Positions 41,693 through 54,754 of a stretch of DNA of 64,000 bases are shown piece after piece. The notes below the pieces were generated by a model, which was not told the origin of the DNA, searched no databases, and saw only the letters and a program-made list of their open reading frames with translations. Each line of letters begins with the position of its first letter. Position 1 is the first letter of the stretch. The translations under genes and the position numbers were made by a program. The stretch is from Prochlorococcus sp. AG-409-P03 (GTDB lineage: Bacteria; Cyanobacteriota; Cyanobacteriia; PCC-6307; Cyanobiaceae): contig QCKN01000006.1 in NCBI GenBank assembly GCA_003215295.1, forward strand, positions 9,159 to 73,158. Reading direction: 5' to 3'.

Positions 41693-41898
41693 TTACAGAT
41701 TCCCATTGCCCATTGTTAAAAGGTAGTTATTTCATCTCTGTTTCACAGTGGAAGCAAGTCTAGAGATCTTGGTTTGAGATTCTTGTTGCAAGTGGGTCGC
41801 TTTATGGTTTATGTTTGATTGATGTGCATTGGGCTGAGACCTGAGGCACAAAACCACAGTGCTGATAAGACGAGAGTCTTCATTTGTTCTGTGGCTCT

Positions 41899-41937
41899 CT
41901 TACAACACATGAAGGAGTGATCCTCTGGTGTTGTAAG
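41899..41937 (+). promoter_or_regulatory. Hairpin in the rRNA operon leader (possible processing or antitermination structure)
   Basis: cttacaacac (41899-41908) pairs perfectly with gtgttgtaag (41928-41937) around a 19-nt loop, about 440 nt upstream of the 16S gene. Confidence 0.3.
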
Positions 41938-42379
41938 TTAAAGAGCTGTCTTCTGACAGCAAAACCGTCTTCTCCCTTTGGGGAGTTGAAGGTTAGAACC
42001 TGGACAACTGAAAAGTTTAGGAACTGACGCTTTTGTTGCGTTCCGACTCGCAAAATTGCTGTGAAGCCTTTTTGTTGTAGTTGGATCGATATGCAACGAA
42101 GGTGTGAGGTCCCGTCAAAAGAAATAAGTTGCTTAAGCCTGTTTCTGCACGACTTCCTGATTTTCACGGATTGGGGTTGTGTGAAAGGTGTTACAGGTGG
42201 AGGCAACGACCGGATCTGAGATCCTGGAAAGTCACGGAAGATATTCTGAAGTGCACTCTTTGAACCCTTCTGTCAGAAGAAGGTGGCATCAACTGCTTAT
42301 TTAGTACGCCAGTGCTGATAAGTGGGTGAAGCAAATCAGACTGAGTAAGTAGTTACTACTTATAAAAGGGCCTGATCTA

Positions 42380-43862
<1,483 letters not shown>

Positions 43863-44017
43863 ACAGGGAGACAACAACTGATTTTGATGTCTAAGTTCTT
43901 TATATTCTTAGGCCAAAATCCTGTCACCTTAGGTCGATCGGTACCTCAATTTGTTTTACTTTATAATCAAATTCAGTTCCTAAACTTGTCTAGGTCACAC
44001 CCAATAAGGGTACTCCT

Positions 44018-44091
<74 letters not shown>

Positions 44092-44100
44092 TTCGGTGTT

Positions 44101-44173
44101 GGGGGTATAGCTCAGTTGGTAGAGCGCCTGCTTTGCAAGCAGGATGTCAGCGGTTCGAGTCCGCTTACCTCCA
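44101..44173 (+). tRNA. trnA: tRNA-Ala (anticodon UGC) in the ITS
   Basis: GGGGGTATAGCTCAGTTGGTAGAGCGCCTGCTTTGCAAGCAGGATGTCAGCGGTTCGAGTCCGCTTACCTCCA, with the G3:U70 identity pair present. Confidence 0.95.
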
Positions 44174-44494
44174 CTGATCGACCTCCTTAACGAATATGAA
44201 GGAGATAGTTCTTATTTGGATGTGATTTAGACTGATTTTACTTGAAAGAACCTAGCTTCTTATCATTCCTTTTTTCGAGATTCAAAGAATCTCATTGGTT
44301 GGTAGGACGCTGGGCTCACTGTGAGTTCATTGCTTGCAGGAAAGTTCAGTAGAACCTTGACAACTGCATAGGTAAGTCTGTAATGAATAAAGCATCTCAT
44401 GGATGCACAGTTTGAAAAACAATTGTGCTTAATTCTTGAGCAAAGAGCTGAGCTTCTATATCGATATTTTGAATATTCGATATAGATAAATTAT

Positions 44495-47371
<2,877 letters not shown>

Positions 47372-47459
47372 TTTGCTCTTTTTAAGTAGCTTTTTCAATA
47401 CAGATGGCTAATGCATTGCCTATGCAGTTCTCAGGGCTCATCCTTGAGAACTTGTTCTA

Positions 47460-47577
47460 TCCTGGTGTTCATGGCGTTGTGGCACCACTCCGATCCATCT
47501 CGAACTCGGTTGTGAAACGCAGCAGCGGCGACGATATTTGGGGGGCAGCCCCCTGAGAAAATAGCTCAATGCCAGGT
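47460..47577 (+). rRNA. rrf: 5S ribosomal RNA
   Basis: TCCTGGTGTTCATGGCG...CCGATCCATCTCGAACTCGGTTGTGAAAC...GCCAGGT is the cyanobacterial 5S pattern. Confidence 0.93.
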
Positions 47578-47617
47578 AAAACAATTTCTTATAGATTTAC
47601 TTGATGTTGGTTAAACT

Positions 47618-47673
47618 ATTCATCAAGACAAAAAAACTGTCCTGGAAGACAGTTTTTTTTTGTCTTGATGAAT
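47618..47673. terminator. Long hairpin, probable bidirectional terminator between the rRNA operon and mutM
   Basis: attcatcaagacaaaaaaactgtc / gacagtttttttttgtcttgatgaat form a stem of about 24 bp with one bulged T, around the loop ctggaa. A/T runs inside the arms give a U-tract on both strands. Confidence 0.7.
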
Positions 47674-47762
47674 AGAACTTTATGAATTTGTCGTAAGATT
47701 CCGTACTATTTGATTCACCTAAGTTCTAATCGCTCGAATTGTTTTACTTAGCTTGCCTTTCT

Positions 47763-48644
47763 TTATTCAGGTTGACATTTAGGACACCAATGGGAACTCC
47801 TGCCAGCGATCTTTTCTCTTTTAATTTTGGTTCCACATACTCTGCATGGTTGATTGACGCGCCTATAGACCCAAGCTTGGCCTCCATAGTTACCATTAAG
47901 ACCTTCTAAATCTCGAAAATCACTAAAAGTTGTTCCCCCTTTACCAATACTTATTTTGAGTACTTTTACAAGGCTGTTGCAGATTAGTGCGAGTTCTTCT
48001 TCCTTTAGTTTCCCTGACTCCCTTTTAGGGCTGATTCCAGCTGAAAATAAACTTTCATCGGCATAAATGTTGCCAGCTCCGGCAACTAGTGTTTGGTCTA
48101 ATAGGGATGATTTTATAGACCTGGTTTTTCCTTTCAAGCGCTCTTTTAGATAAGAGGCATTAAATGTGCTGCTAAATGGCTCAGGGCCTAGGGTCTTTAG
48201 GCCTTTGATGATTTCTTCAGGAAGATTGTCAGGAGCTATCCACCACATTTGTCCAAAACTTCGAGTATCTACAAATCGGAGCTCTTCTCCTTTTTGGTTC
48301 CAGAACCTTATTCGTGTATGTGGACAGGCTGGCGACGCAAGCTTATGCCATTGAAAATGACCTGTCATGCGAAGGTGCACACACCACCAACCGTGACTTT
48401 GAGAGGTTTGAGTAGAAGTACTTGTTTGAATATGTTTTTGCCCGTGTAGAGAAGCAATCAAATATTTTCCACGACGATACCATTTTCCTACCTCAGCACC
48501 TTTCATCATTTTGATGAATTCGCTAGAACCACCTGAACTGGCAATGGTTTTTTCTCTACAAACCTCTATTCTTTTTATCCGAAAAGAAGCAAGACGATTC
48601 TCTAGTCCTTTGCGAACCGTCTCTACTTCTGGTAATTCCGGCAA
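47763..48644 (-). CDS. mutM: Formamidopyrimidine-DNA glycosylase
   Basis: The N-terminus (M)PELPEVETVRKGL, with catalytic Pro2/Glu3, and the C-terminal zinc finger CRVCGTKI...HWCPKCQ. The start codon is TTG, 4 nt after the psaE stop. Confidence 0.92.
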   Translation of the reverse strand: MPELPEVETVRKGLENRLASFRIKRIEVCREKTIASSGGSSEFIKMMKGAEVGKWYRRGKYLIASLHGQKHIQTSTSTQTSQSHGWWCVHLRMTGHFQWHKLASPACPHTRIRFWNQKGEELRFVDTRSFGQMWWIAPDNLPEEIIKGLKTLGPEPFSSTFNASYLKERLKGKTRSIKSSLLDQTLVAGAGNIYADESLFSAGISPKRESGKLKEEELALICNSLVKVLKISIGKGGTTFSDFRDLEGLNGNYGGQAWVYRRVNQPCRVCGTKIKREKIAGRSSHWCPKCQPE

Positions 48645-48648
48645 ATGA

Positions 48649-48858
48649 CTAGACGACTTCTAATTCGCTTTCGGCGAAGTTGTTTGATGCTGCACCTCCA
48701 TCTACACCTTGTATGGCGTTGTAATTAACTTTGTCGAATCGGACAATAACAGGGTATTTAATACCCGATGTGTCAACTGAGGCTACTTTGCCTACTTCGT
48801 TGAACCAGTATGACTCTGGGCGCTTGATGCGTACGTTGTCACCTCGAGAGATCGCCAT
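48649..48858 (-). CDS. psaE: Photosystem I subunit IV
   Basis: [29 protein letters not shown]...[12 protein letters not shown] is canonical PsaE. Confidence 0.95.
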   Translation of the reverse strand: MAISRGDNVRIKRPESYWFNEVGKVASVDTSGIKYPVIVRFDKVNYNAIQGVDGGAASNNFAESELEVV

Positions 48859-49170
48859 CGCTCTGCCGAAAGATTTTCACTATAAATATTATCGTGCTAC
48901 TGCTCCTGTAGGCCTAAGCGTCACAGAATGTCGTCCCTTTTTTGATGCCTTTGTTCGCTAGGGACTCTTTGCATAAGCTAAGGGTGGATTTTTTTTGCTA
49001 TTGACGTTCTCGCTTAGATAGCTCAAAGCATGATTTTAAGAACTTATTTGATAAATAGCCGCCTTAGATACTGTTTATTGATGAATCATTGAAATAGCTG
49101 CTATCTCAGGGGCGGTTGGTCACGGCACCTCTTTGTGCTAAATACGATACAGAGATTTAGTGAATTTGGT

Positions 49171-49223
49171 AGGAGGCTCTTTTCATTATTGAGACATTGT
49201 CTCAATAATGAAAAGAGCCTCCT
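49171..49223. repeat. Perfect inverted repeat (26-nt arms) ending exactly at the ATG of the next ORF
   Basis: aggaggctcttttcattattgagaca (49171-49196), then t, then tgtctcaataatgaaaagagcctcct (49198-49223). The arms are exact reverse complements, and the ATG at 49224 follows immediately. Confidence 0.95.
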
Positions 49224-49508
49224 ATGAACTCTCGCCAGCCTTTGGAAATCTTGAACGAGTTTAAATTTATGGTTCGATCATCGAGTCCAGATGTGTTGGA
49301 GAAACTATGTGAGCAGTTTGTTTATGATCATGAGGGTGCGATTAATGCTGTAATGGGATTTGCTGCTAACTATGACTTGTCCTTGACCCAAGATCAAGTT
49401 AAGGAGCTTATAACTTTGATGCATAAAGAAGGTGATTTCGACCACGTAAAATGCTGGGGATTACCCCTTGGCTCTAATGATCTTTGCAGAAAATTTTACC
49501 CTAGATAA
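49224..49508 (+). CDS. Small Nif11-domain-like protein with a Cys-containing C-terminal tail
   Basis: LNEFKFMVRSSSPDVLEKLCEQ...AVMGFAANYDLSLTQDQVKEL follows the Nif11 pattern (F-x3-V-x5-L-x-EKL ... A-x3-G/x-F/L-x-hS/T-x-D/E-h, h = hydrophobic). This is by-eye similarity only. Confidence 0.5.
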   Translation: MNSRQPLEILNEFKFMVRSSSPDVLEKLCEQFVYDHEGAINAVMGFAANYDLSLTQDQVKELITLMHKEGDFDHVKCWGLPLGSNDLCRKFYPR

Positions 49509-49738
49509 TATAATTTTTGACTGTTTCTTTTGATTAGTACCTGGTAAAAATTGCTTTGATAGGCCTATTTGACTGTCATCATAGTAGCTCGATATAGCCT
49601 TGAATAATGTTGATATTAGAAAGTTAATTTCTTTTCCTTAAAAGCTCTTCATTTTCTATTTGCGTCAAAGAGAATTGTTTGCGTTGTTAACTTAGGTGAT
49701 GGAGAACTAGGTTAGGAGGAAAACAACTTTGCATTTCT

Positions 49739-50782
49739 TTGGTGGCATCGAAAGTAGCTCCAGACCCTTTGGTTCTGACCTTTGACCTGCCTGACCCTGA
49801 GCAGGATGATTTAACTAATGGTGAGTTTATAGAAAGATTGGATAAGGCATGGGCTGTCTGTGACCGCTTTGATTTGCATACAGAGATTTGGAGAGGAAGG
49901 ATTTTGCGAGTAATTAGAGATCGAGAGAAATCTGGTGGAGCAGGACGGGGTGCAGGCTTTTTGCAGTGGTTACGAGAAAGAGAAATTAGTAAAACACGAG
50001 CTTATGGGCTAATACAACTGGCAGACTCTTCCGATGACCTTGTTGGAGAAGGCTTGTTGAAGGAGGCAAGTGTGAATAATTTTTCGAGGAGAGCTTTTAT
50101 TGAGACAGCCCAGTCTTCTCCTGAGGTTCAGCAGATAATTTCAGAAGCGGCAAATGAGGGCCAAGAAATTACAAGGAAGCAGGTTCGCAGGTTGACAGAT
50201 GAATTCACTTCGGCAACTAGCCCTCTTTTGCCTGATGAAATTCGTCAGCGGACACAAGCTAATTTGTTGCCTTCGAGAGTTGTAGCACCTTTGGTTAGGG
50301 AGTTATCTAAGCTGCCTGAGACTCAACAGGATGATTTGCGAAAGGCTCTTAGAGAAGAGCCAGGTATTGAATCGATTAAGGATGTCACAAGTACTGCACG
50401 ATGGATGGGACGGTCAATCGATGCGTCACTTGCTCTGAGAGCCTTGCAACTTGAGCACTTGGATATAGAAAAGGCGATGCAAGAGGCTAAAAGACTAGAA
50501 GCGTTAGGTTTATTGGCTGATGCCTTCTCTCAGGCTCAGGCTATCGAGACTTCAGTTTTGAAGCTTCACACTGCTTGGTGCAGGCTTTGTGGGCTTCATG
50601 AGAGATTGTGGCTGGAAAGTGGAAGTAGTACTCCTTACTTGAGAGATGTACTTGATGTGCTGCAAAGCCTTACTGGGGCAACGATGAAGGTCTCGCTTGG
50701 CGAGCTGTCAGGAGGGAAAAAGGTTCGCTTGCAGATTGTCGAAGAGGCTGCAGACCAGCTCGAACCTCCGCTTATTCCCTGA
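49739..50782 (+). CDS. Hypothetical protein (helical, charged)
   Basis: 347-aa ORF with a TTG/GTG start region. No family was recognised and the composition is protein-like. Confidence 0.5.
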   Translation: MVASKVAPDPLVLTFDLPDPEQDDLTNGEFIERLDKAWAVCDRFDLHTEIWRGRILRVIRDREKSGGAGRGAGFLQWLREREISKTRAYGLIQLADSSDDLVGEGLLKEASVNNFSRRAFIETAQSSPEVQQIISEAANEGQEITRKQVRRLTDEFTSATSPLLPDEIRQRTQANLLPSRVVAPLVRELSKLPETQQDDLRKALREEPGIESIKDVTSTARWMGRSIDASLALRALQLEHLDIEKAMQEAKRLEALGLLADAFSQAQAIETSVLKLHTAWCRLCGLHERLWLESGSSTPYLRDVLDVLQSLTGATMKVSLGELSGGKKVRLQIVEEAADQLEPPLIP

Positions 50783-50843
50783 AAATCAACCTGGTTATAA
50801 GTTTGCGACTTGGTTATCTTGCGATAGTTCTTTCTGGTGGGCT

Positions 50844-52340
50844 TTGGATCCGCTGATCTCGTCATTGCGAACGCACTATGGGTGGCGTTTCTTTAAAGAG
50901 GGTCAACGTTCAGTTATTGAAGCAGTCCTCTCTCGAAAAGACGCCTTGGCCGTTTTGCCTACAGGAGGCGGTAAATCACTGTGCTATCAGCTCCCTGCCT
51001 TGATTCAAGGAGGTTTGGTGGTTGTTATCTCGCCATTAGTGGCGTTAATGGAAGATCAGGTAAGGCAACTTCATAGCAGAGGGATAGAAGCTGTTTGTTT
51101 GCACGCTGGGTTGGATGCAGCTTGTCTTGCAGATGCATTGCAGTCCTTGCAGAAGGATTCTTTACGATTGCTTTATTTGGCTCCTGAAAGATTGAATGGA
51201 AATACTTTTCGAACACTCCTTTCTCGAAAGGCAAATGAAAAGAAAATCGTTGCTATAGCCATTGATGAAGCACATTGCATTAGTGCTTGGGGGCACGACT
51301 TTAGACCGGATTACCGTAGGCTCGGAGATCTTCGTTCTTTATGTCCAGGGGTTCCTTTAGTTGCGCTTAGTGCAACGGCTGCACCAAAAGTTCGAGCAGA
51401 CATTATTCGGCTTCTAAATCTTAGAAATCCTTTTGTTCATGTGGCCTCAGCTAGAAGAAGTAATCTGCATTATTCAATGAAGAGAAGGCCAAAAGAAGCC
51501 TTAGATGAAGTTGTTAAATCAATTACTGGATCTAGAGGCGCAGTTTTGATTTATGCACGGACCCGACGAGCAGTAGAACGTTGGACAAAATCTTTGCGTG
51601 AGGTTGGTATCCCTGCGTTGCAATATCACGCTGGCCTTGACTCATCGGCACGCCAGCATGCGCTAAACCACTTTTTAGGAACTCCTTCTCCTGTTCTTGT
51701 GGCAACCAGTGCTTTCGGAATGGGAGTTGATAGAGCAGATGTTGGACTGGTTCTTCATCTTGATCTGCCAGCAACGCCAGAAGGATATTTGCAGCAATCA
51801 GGACGAGCGGGAAGAGATGGTTTGCCGGCTAAATGTGTAATTTTATTTTCTCCTGGCGATAGGGTTAAATTGGGATGGGCAATGCATGCTTATTGCGGTC
51901 GGGACGACAGAGCTTCTTTAGTTACACCTCAAGAAAAAGAAAGGTTGGAATCGGCACAGGATCAGTTGCGTAGAATGGAGGCGATTGCTGAAGGTCATCT
52001 ATGTAGAGAGCAATCTCTTTTGCTCTCTATTGGAGAGTTGGTGCAGCCTTGTGGTCGATGCGACAGGTGTAAAGACTCTGGCTCTTTTAGAGATTGGTCT
52101 GAACAAGCTTTGATTTTATTGAACGCTTTACATAGTAAAAATAGCCTTGAAATTTATAACCTTATTAAAACCCTTCCTACATTAGAAGTGGAAAAAGATG
52201 AGACTTGGGGTTGGTTGGTTAGAAGACTCGTTCAGGATGGATTGATTTGGGAGTCAAGTGATGGAGCGCAAAGGCTTTCATTGAAAGATAGTGGGATTAG
52301 GTTTTTAGCTAAACCATGGCCACTCAATTATGCAGCCTAA
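50844..52340 (+). CDS. recQ: ATP-dependent DNA helicase RecQ (short form without an obvious HRDC domain)
   Basis: FKEGQRSVIEAVLSRKDALAVLPTGGGKSLCYQLPAL is motif I, DEAHCISAWGHDFRPDY is DEAH and the zinc cluster is C-x..-CGRCDRC. The start is uncertain. The TTG at 50844 is proposed because the track start at 50697 adds 49 non-homologous residues and overlaps the upstream ORF. Confidence 0.88.
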   Translation: MDPLISSLRTHYGWRFFKEGQRSVIEAVLSRKDALAVLPTGGGKSLCYQLPALIQGGLVVVISPLVALMEDQVRQLHSRGIEAVCLHAGLDAACLADALQSLQKDSLRLLYLAPERLNGNTFRTLLSRKANEKKIVAIAIDEAHCISAWGHDFRPDYRRLGDLRSLCPGVPLVALSATAAPKVRADIIRLLNLRNPFVHVASARRSNLHYSMKRRPKEALDEVVKSITGSRGAVLIYARTRRAVERWTKSLREVGIPALQYHAGLDSSARQHALNHFLGTPSPVLVATSAFGMGVDRADVGLVLHLDLPATPEGYLQQSGRAGRDGLPAKCVILFSPGDRVKLGWAMHAYCGRDDRASLVTPQEKERLESAQDQLRRMEAIAEGHLCREQSLLLSIGELVQPCGRCDRCKDSGSFRDWSEQALILLNALHSKNSLEIYNLIKTLPTLEVEKDETWGWLVRRLVQDGLIWESSDGAQRLSLKDSGIRFLAKPWPLNYAA

Positions 52341-52354
52341 ATTAACACTAGTGA

Positions 52355-53227
52355 CTAGCTATTTTGAGCCTTGCAGAGGTCATCAATCAATTTAAATTCA
52401 AACTCATCTTCTGGAGAAATCCAGCTTCTCCACTCACCATTAATTCCCGTTGCATTAAGTCTTCCAGAAGAACAGTTTATTGCTAGATAGAACGCCTTTC
52501 CTTTTTTGTGAAGTGTTGGAGTGTAGAAACTCCCGTTCATTGGCTTCCACCCCGACCAATTAACTTTCAGTGGCCCATAGCTTTTCCAATTAGTTCTTTT
52601 GTATTCATTGTATGTATTTTCTCCTTGCCCGGATTGTGTAAGTGGGAGTACAGATGAATTTGTTTTAGTCCCTAAAGAGATTTCCTCTCCTGGAGACAAA
52701 ATGTTTGGCTGGGATAGTTTGTTTATGGCAATCAAGTCTTCAGTTGATAAATTATGATCTTTTGCAATTGAGGATAAGGTTTCGCCTCTTTTTACAACAT
52801 GGGAGTGGACTATTCGCTTGGATTTAACCTTTTTTTCGGTAATATTTGGAGGCAGTGCAAGACGTTGACCTAGATATAAATAATTAGCATCCCTAAGATT
52901 ATTCAGATCAATCAATTCCTGTGGGCTGATTCCATATTTCAGTGCAATTGTGCTCAGGTTTTCTCCACTAGTAACAAGGTGATCTTTCTTCCTAGAGCTT
53001 GTTAAACCTTCAGAGCCAGGCAATCTGAGTATCGTACCAGCGTTTATCTCATTTGAGTCTCTAATGCCATTTAGCCTCATTAGTGTTTCCAGTGAAACTT
53101 GATGTTTCTCGGCAATCTCAGAAAGAGTGTCTCCTGCGCCGATGGTTATGCTGCCAGCCAAGCTAGGTGCTGAGAATAAAGATGTAATAGCAATTGCTGC
53201 AAAAAAGACTCTGGGCATGAACTTCAA
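52355..53227 (-). CDS. Secreted LysM-repeat peptidoglycan-binding protein
   Basis: N-terminal signal peptide and three LysM repeats: GDTLSEIAEKHQVSLETLMRLNG, GENLSTIALKYGISPQELIDLNN and GETLSSIAKDHNLSTEDLIAINK. The C-terminal domain of about 100 aa is unassigned. Confidence 0.85.
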   Translation of the reverse strand: MKFMPRVFFAAIAITSLFSAPSLAGSITIGAGDTLSEIAEKHQVSLETLMRLNGIRDSNEINAGTILRLPGSEGLTSSRKKDHLVTSGENLSTIALKYGISPQELIDLNNLRDANYLYLGQRLALPPNITEKKVKSKRIVHSHVVKRGETLSSIAKDHNLSTEDLIAINKLSQPNILSPGEEISLGTKTNSSVLPLTQSGQGENTYNEYKRTNWKSYGPLKVNWSGWKPMNGSFYTPTLHKKGKAFYLAINCSSGRLNATGINGEWRSWISPEDEFEFKLIDDLCKAQNS

Positions 53228-53311
53228 ACAGCTGGACGAACGATAAGCCCCCTATGAATATCTGCCAGTCTTTCATTGACATACTTACAAAGTCTTTGAA
53301 GGAACCTTTGC

Positions 53312-54745
53312 TTAGCCAAGTATTTTTTTTAGGAACGAGATGTCTAACTTGTATGGAGGATAGCGAAACTCTAGATCAAGCCAGAAAGGGCGCCGCAAAA
53401 TGGATTTTGTGTGTGAGAAGGTTGTGAAGCCAGCTTTTCCATGGTAATGACCTATCCCGCTAGCACCTACCCCTCCAAAAGGTAGTTCTGGAATTCCTGC
53501 TTGCATAACCACGTCATTGAAACAAACTCCACCAGAGCTTGTCGTATTTAGTAGTTGCTCTTGTTGTTGGTTATTTCCGCCGAACATATAAAGGGCTAAG
53601 GGTTTGGGCTGTTGCCTTATCTCCTGAAGCGCAGACTCAAAACTTGAGATAGGTAGCATAGGTAAAAGAGGGCCAAATAATTCCTCTTCCATTAGAGGAT
53701 CCTGGGAGTTTTTTATTTCGAGAATGCTTGGTGCTATTAGTCTTTTCGGTACATCAATCTCTCCTCCTAAAAGGATTTGCTGCTTCTGTCTTGCTGCTTC
53801 AAGTAAGGTCTTTAATCTTGAGAAATGATGGGAATTTATTATTCTCGCCAAATCTTTTGAGTGAGTTGGATTTGATCCATAAAAGTTTGTTCGAGCTTTC
53901 TTCATCTCAGTAAGCAGAGGAGCTATAAGTTCTTGCTGAACAAAGAGATGGTTGGGAGCTATGCATGTTTGCCCAGCATTAAGCCCTTTACCCCATATCA
54001 ATCGCCTTGCTGTTACTTTTAGGTCTGCTCCTTCTAATATTATTGCTGGGCTTTTTCCTCCAAGTTCAAGAGTGACAGGGGTTAAATTTTCAGCAGCGGC
54101 AGCCATCACTTTCTTTGCTATGTTTCCACCGCCTGTAAAAAAAATATGATCAAAGGGTTGTTTAAGAAGCTCAGCCGCAATTAATCCATCTCCTTGAAAA
54201 ACGTTTACTACATCTGATGGGAAATATTTAGGAACTAGAGTTGCAATTAGCTCAGAGGTTGCAGGAGCATTTTCTGATGGTTTCAATACCGCAGTATTTC
54301 CGGCAGCTAATGCACTAACAAGAGGTTGGAACGTGAGGGAAAAGGGATAATTCCACGGTCCGATAATTAAGACGCATCCAATTGGCTCGTGTAGGACATG
54401 TGCCTCACCTGGCTTGAAGCTGATAGGGACACTTATTTTTTTTGGTCGCATCCATCTAGTGAGCTCCTGCTCAGCAAGCTTTAATTCTTGGCGGACAGCA
54501 ATTAGTTCAAAAAAACCTTCTGTGGCGGGCTTTCCCATATCATGTTTTAGAGCCAGTAGGATTTGAGCCTGATGGTTCTCAGTAAGTTGCTTGAGGCGTT
54601 TGAGTTGAAGTCGACGCCATTTTTCAGATCTGGTTTTACCTGAGAAGACTGTCTTGCGAAGTTCGCTAGACAGAAAGTTTTCTGGAAGCAAGGGACTGAC
54701 TATGTTGCACGGATTGTCTACCAGTGTTGCAGTGGTAAAGGCCAT
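53312..54745 (-). CDS. Aldehyde dehydrogenase (class-3-like, NAD(P)+)
   Basis: FSGKTRS...LELGGKSP (catalytic Glu region), GQTCIAPN (catalytic Cys) and EELFGP. Confidence 0.88.
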   Translation of the reverse strand: MAFTTATLVDNPCNIVSPLLPENFLSSELRKTVFSGKTRSEKWRRLQLKRLKQLTENHQAQILLALKHDMGKPATEGFFELIAVRQELKLAEQELTRWMRPKKISVPISFKPGEAHVLHEPIGCVLIIGPWNYPFSLTFQPLVSALAAGNTAVLKPSENAPATSELIATLVPKYFPSDVVNVFQGDGLIAAELLKQPFDHIFFTGGGNIAKKVMAAAAENLTPVTLELGGKSPAIILEGADLKVTARRLIWGKGLNAGQTCIAPNHLFVQQELIAPLLTEMKKARTNFYGSNPTHSKDLARIINSHHFSRLKTLLEAARQKQQILLGGEIDVPKRLIAPSILEIKNSQDPLMEEELFGPLLPMLPISSFESALQEIRQQPKPLALYMFGGNNQQQEQLLNTTSSGGVCFNDVVMQAGIPELPFGGVGASGIGHYHGKAGFTTFSHTKSILRRPFWLDLEFRYPPYKLDISFLKKILG

Positions 54746-54754
54746 TGAGTTGAA

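Noticed and set aside
41786-41815. Possible sigma70-type rRNA promoter: TTGCAA, an 18-nt spacer, then TATGTT.
   Set aside because: The hexamer matches are weak and the spacing is suboptimal. It cannot be supported without transcription start-site data.
41938-41946. The boxA-like string ttaaagagc, complement of GCTCTTTAA, in the rRNA leader.
   Set aside because: The match to the antitermination boxA consensus is on the strand opposite to rRNA transcription. It cannot act as boxA RNA for this operon.
41880-42206. 108-aa minus-strand ORF upstream of the 16S gene.
   Set aside because: It lies in the rRNA operon leader and has an odd composition with no motif. It is more likely non-coding leader sequence.
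50697-50843. Apparent 86-nt overlap between the 347-aa hypothetical ORF and recQ, which suggested a coupled two-gene system.
   Set aside because: The first 49 residues of the track ORF, which has a TTG start, show no RecQ similarity. An in-frame TTG at 50844 gives a normal RecQ N-terminus and removes the overlap, so the overlap is probably an ORF-calling artefact.
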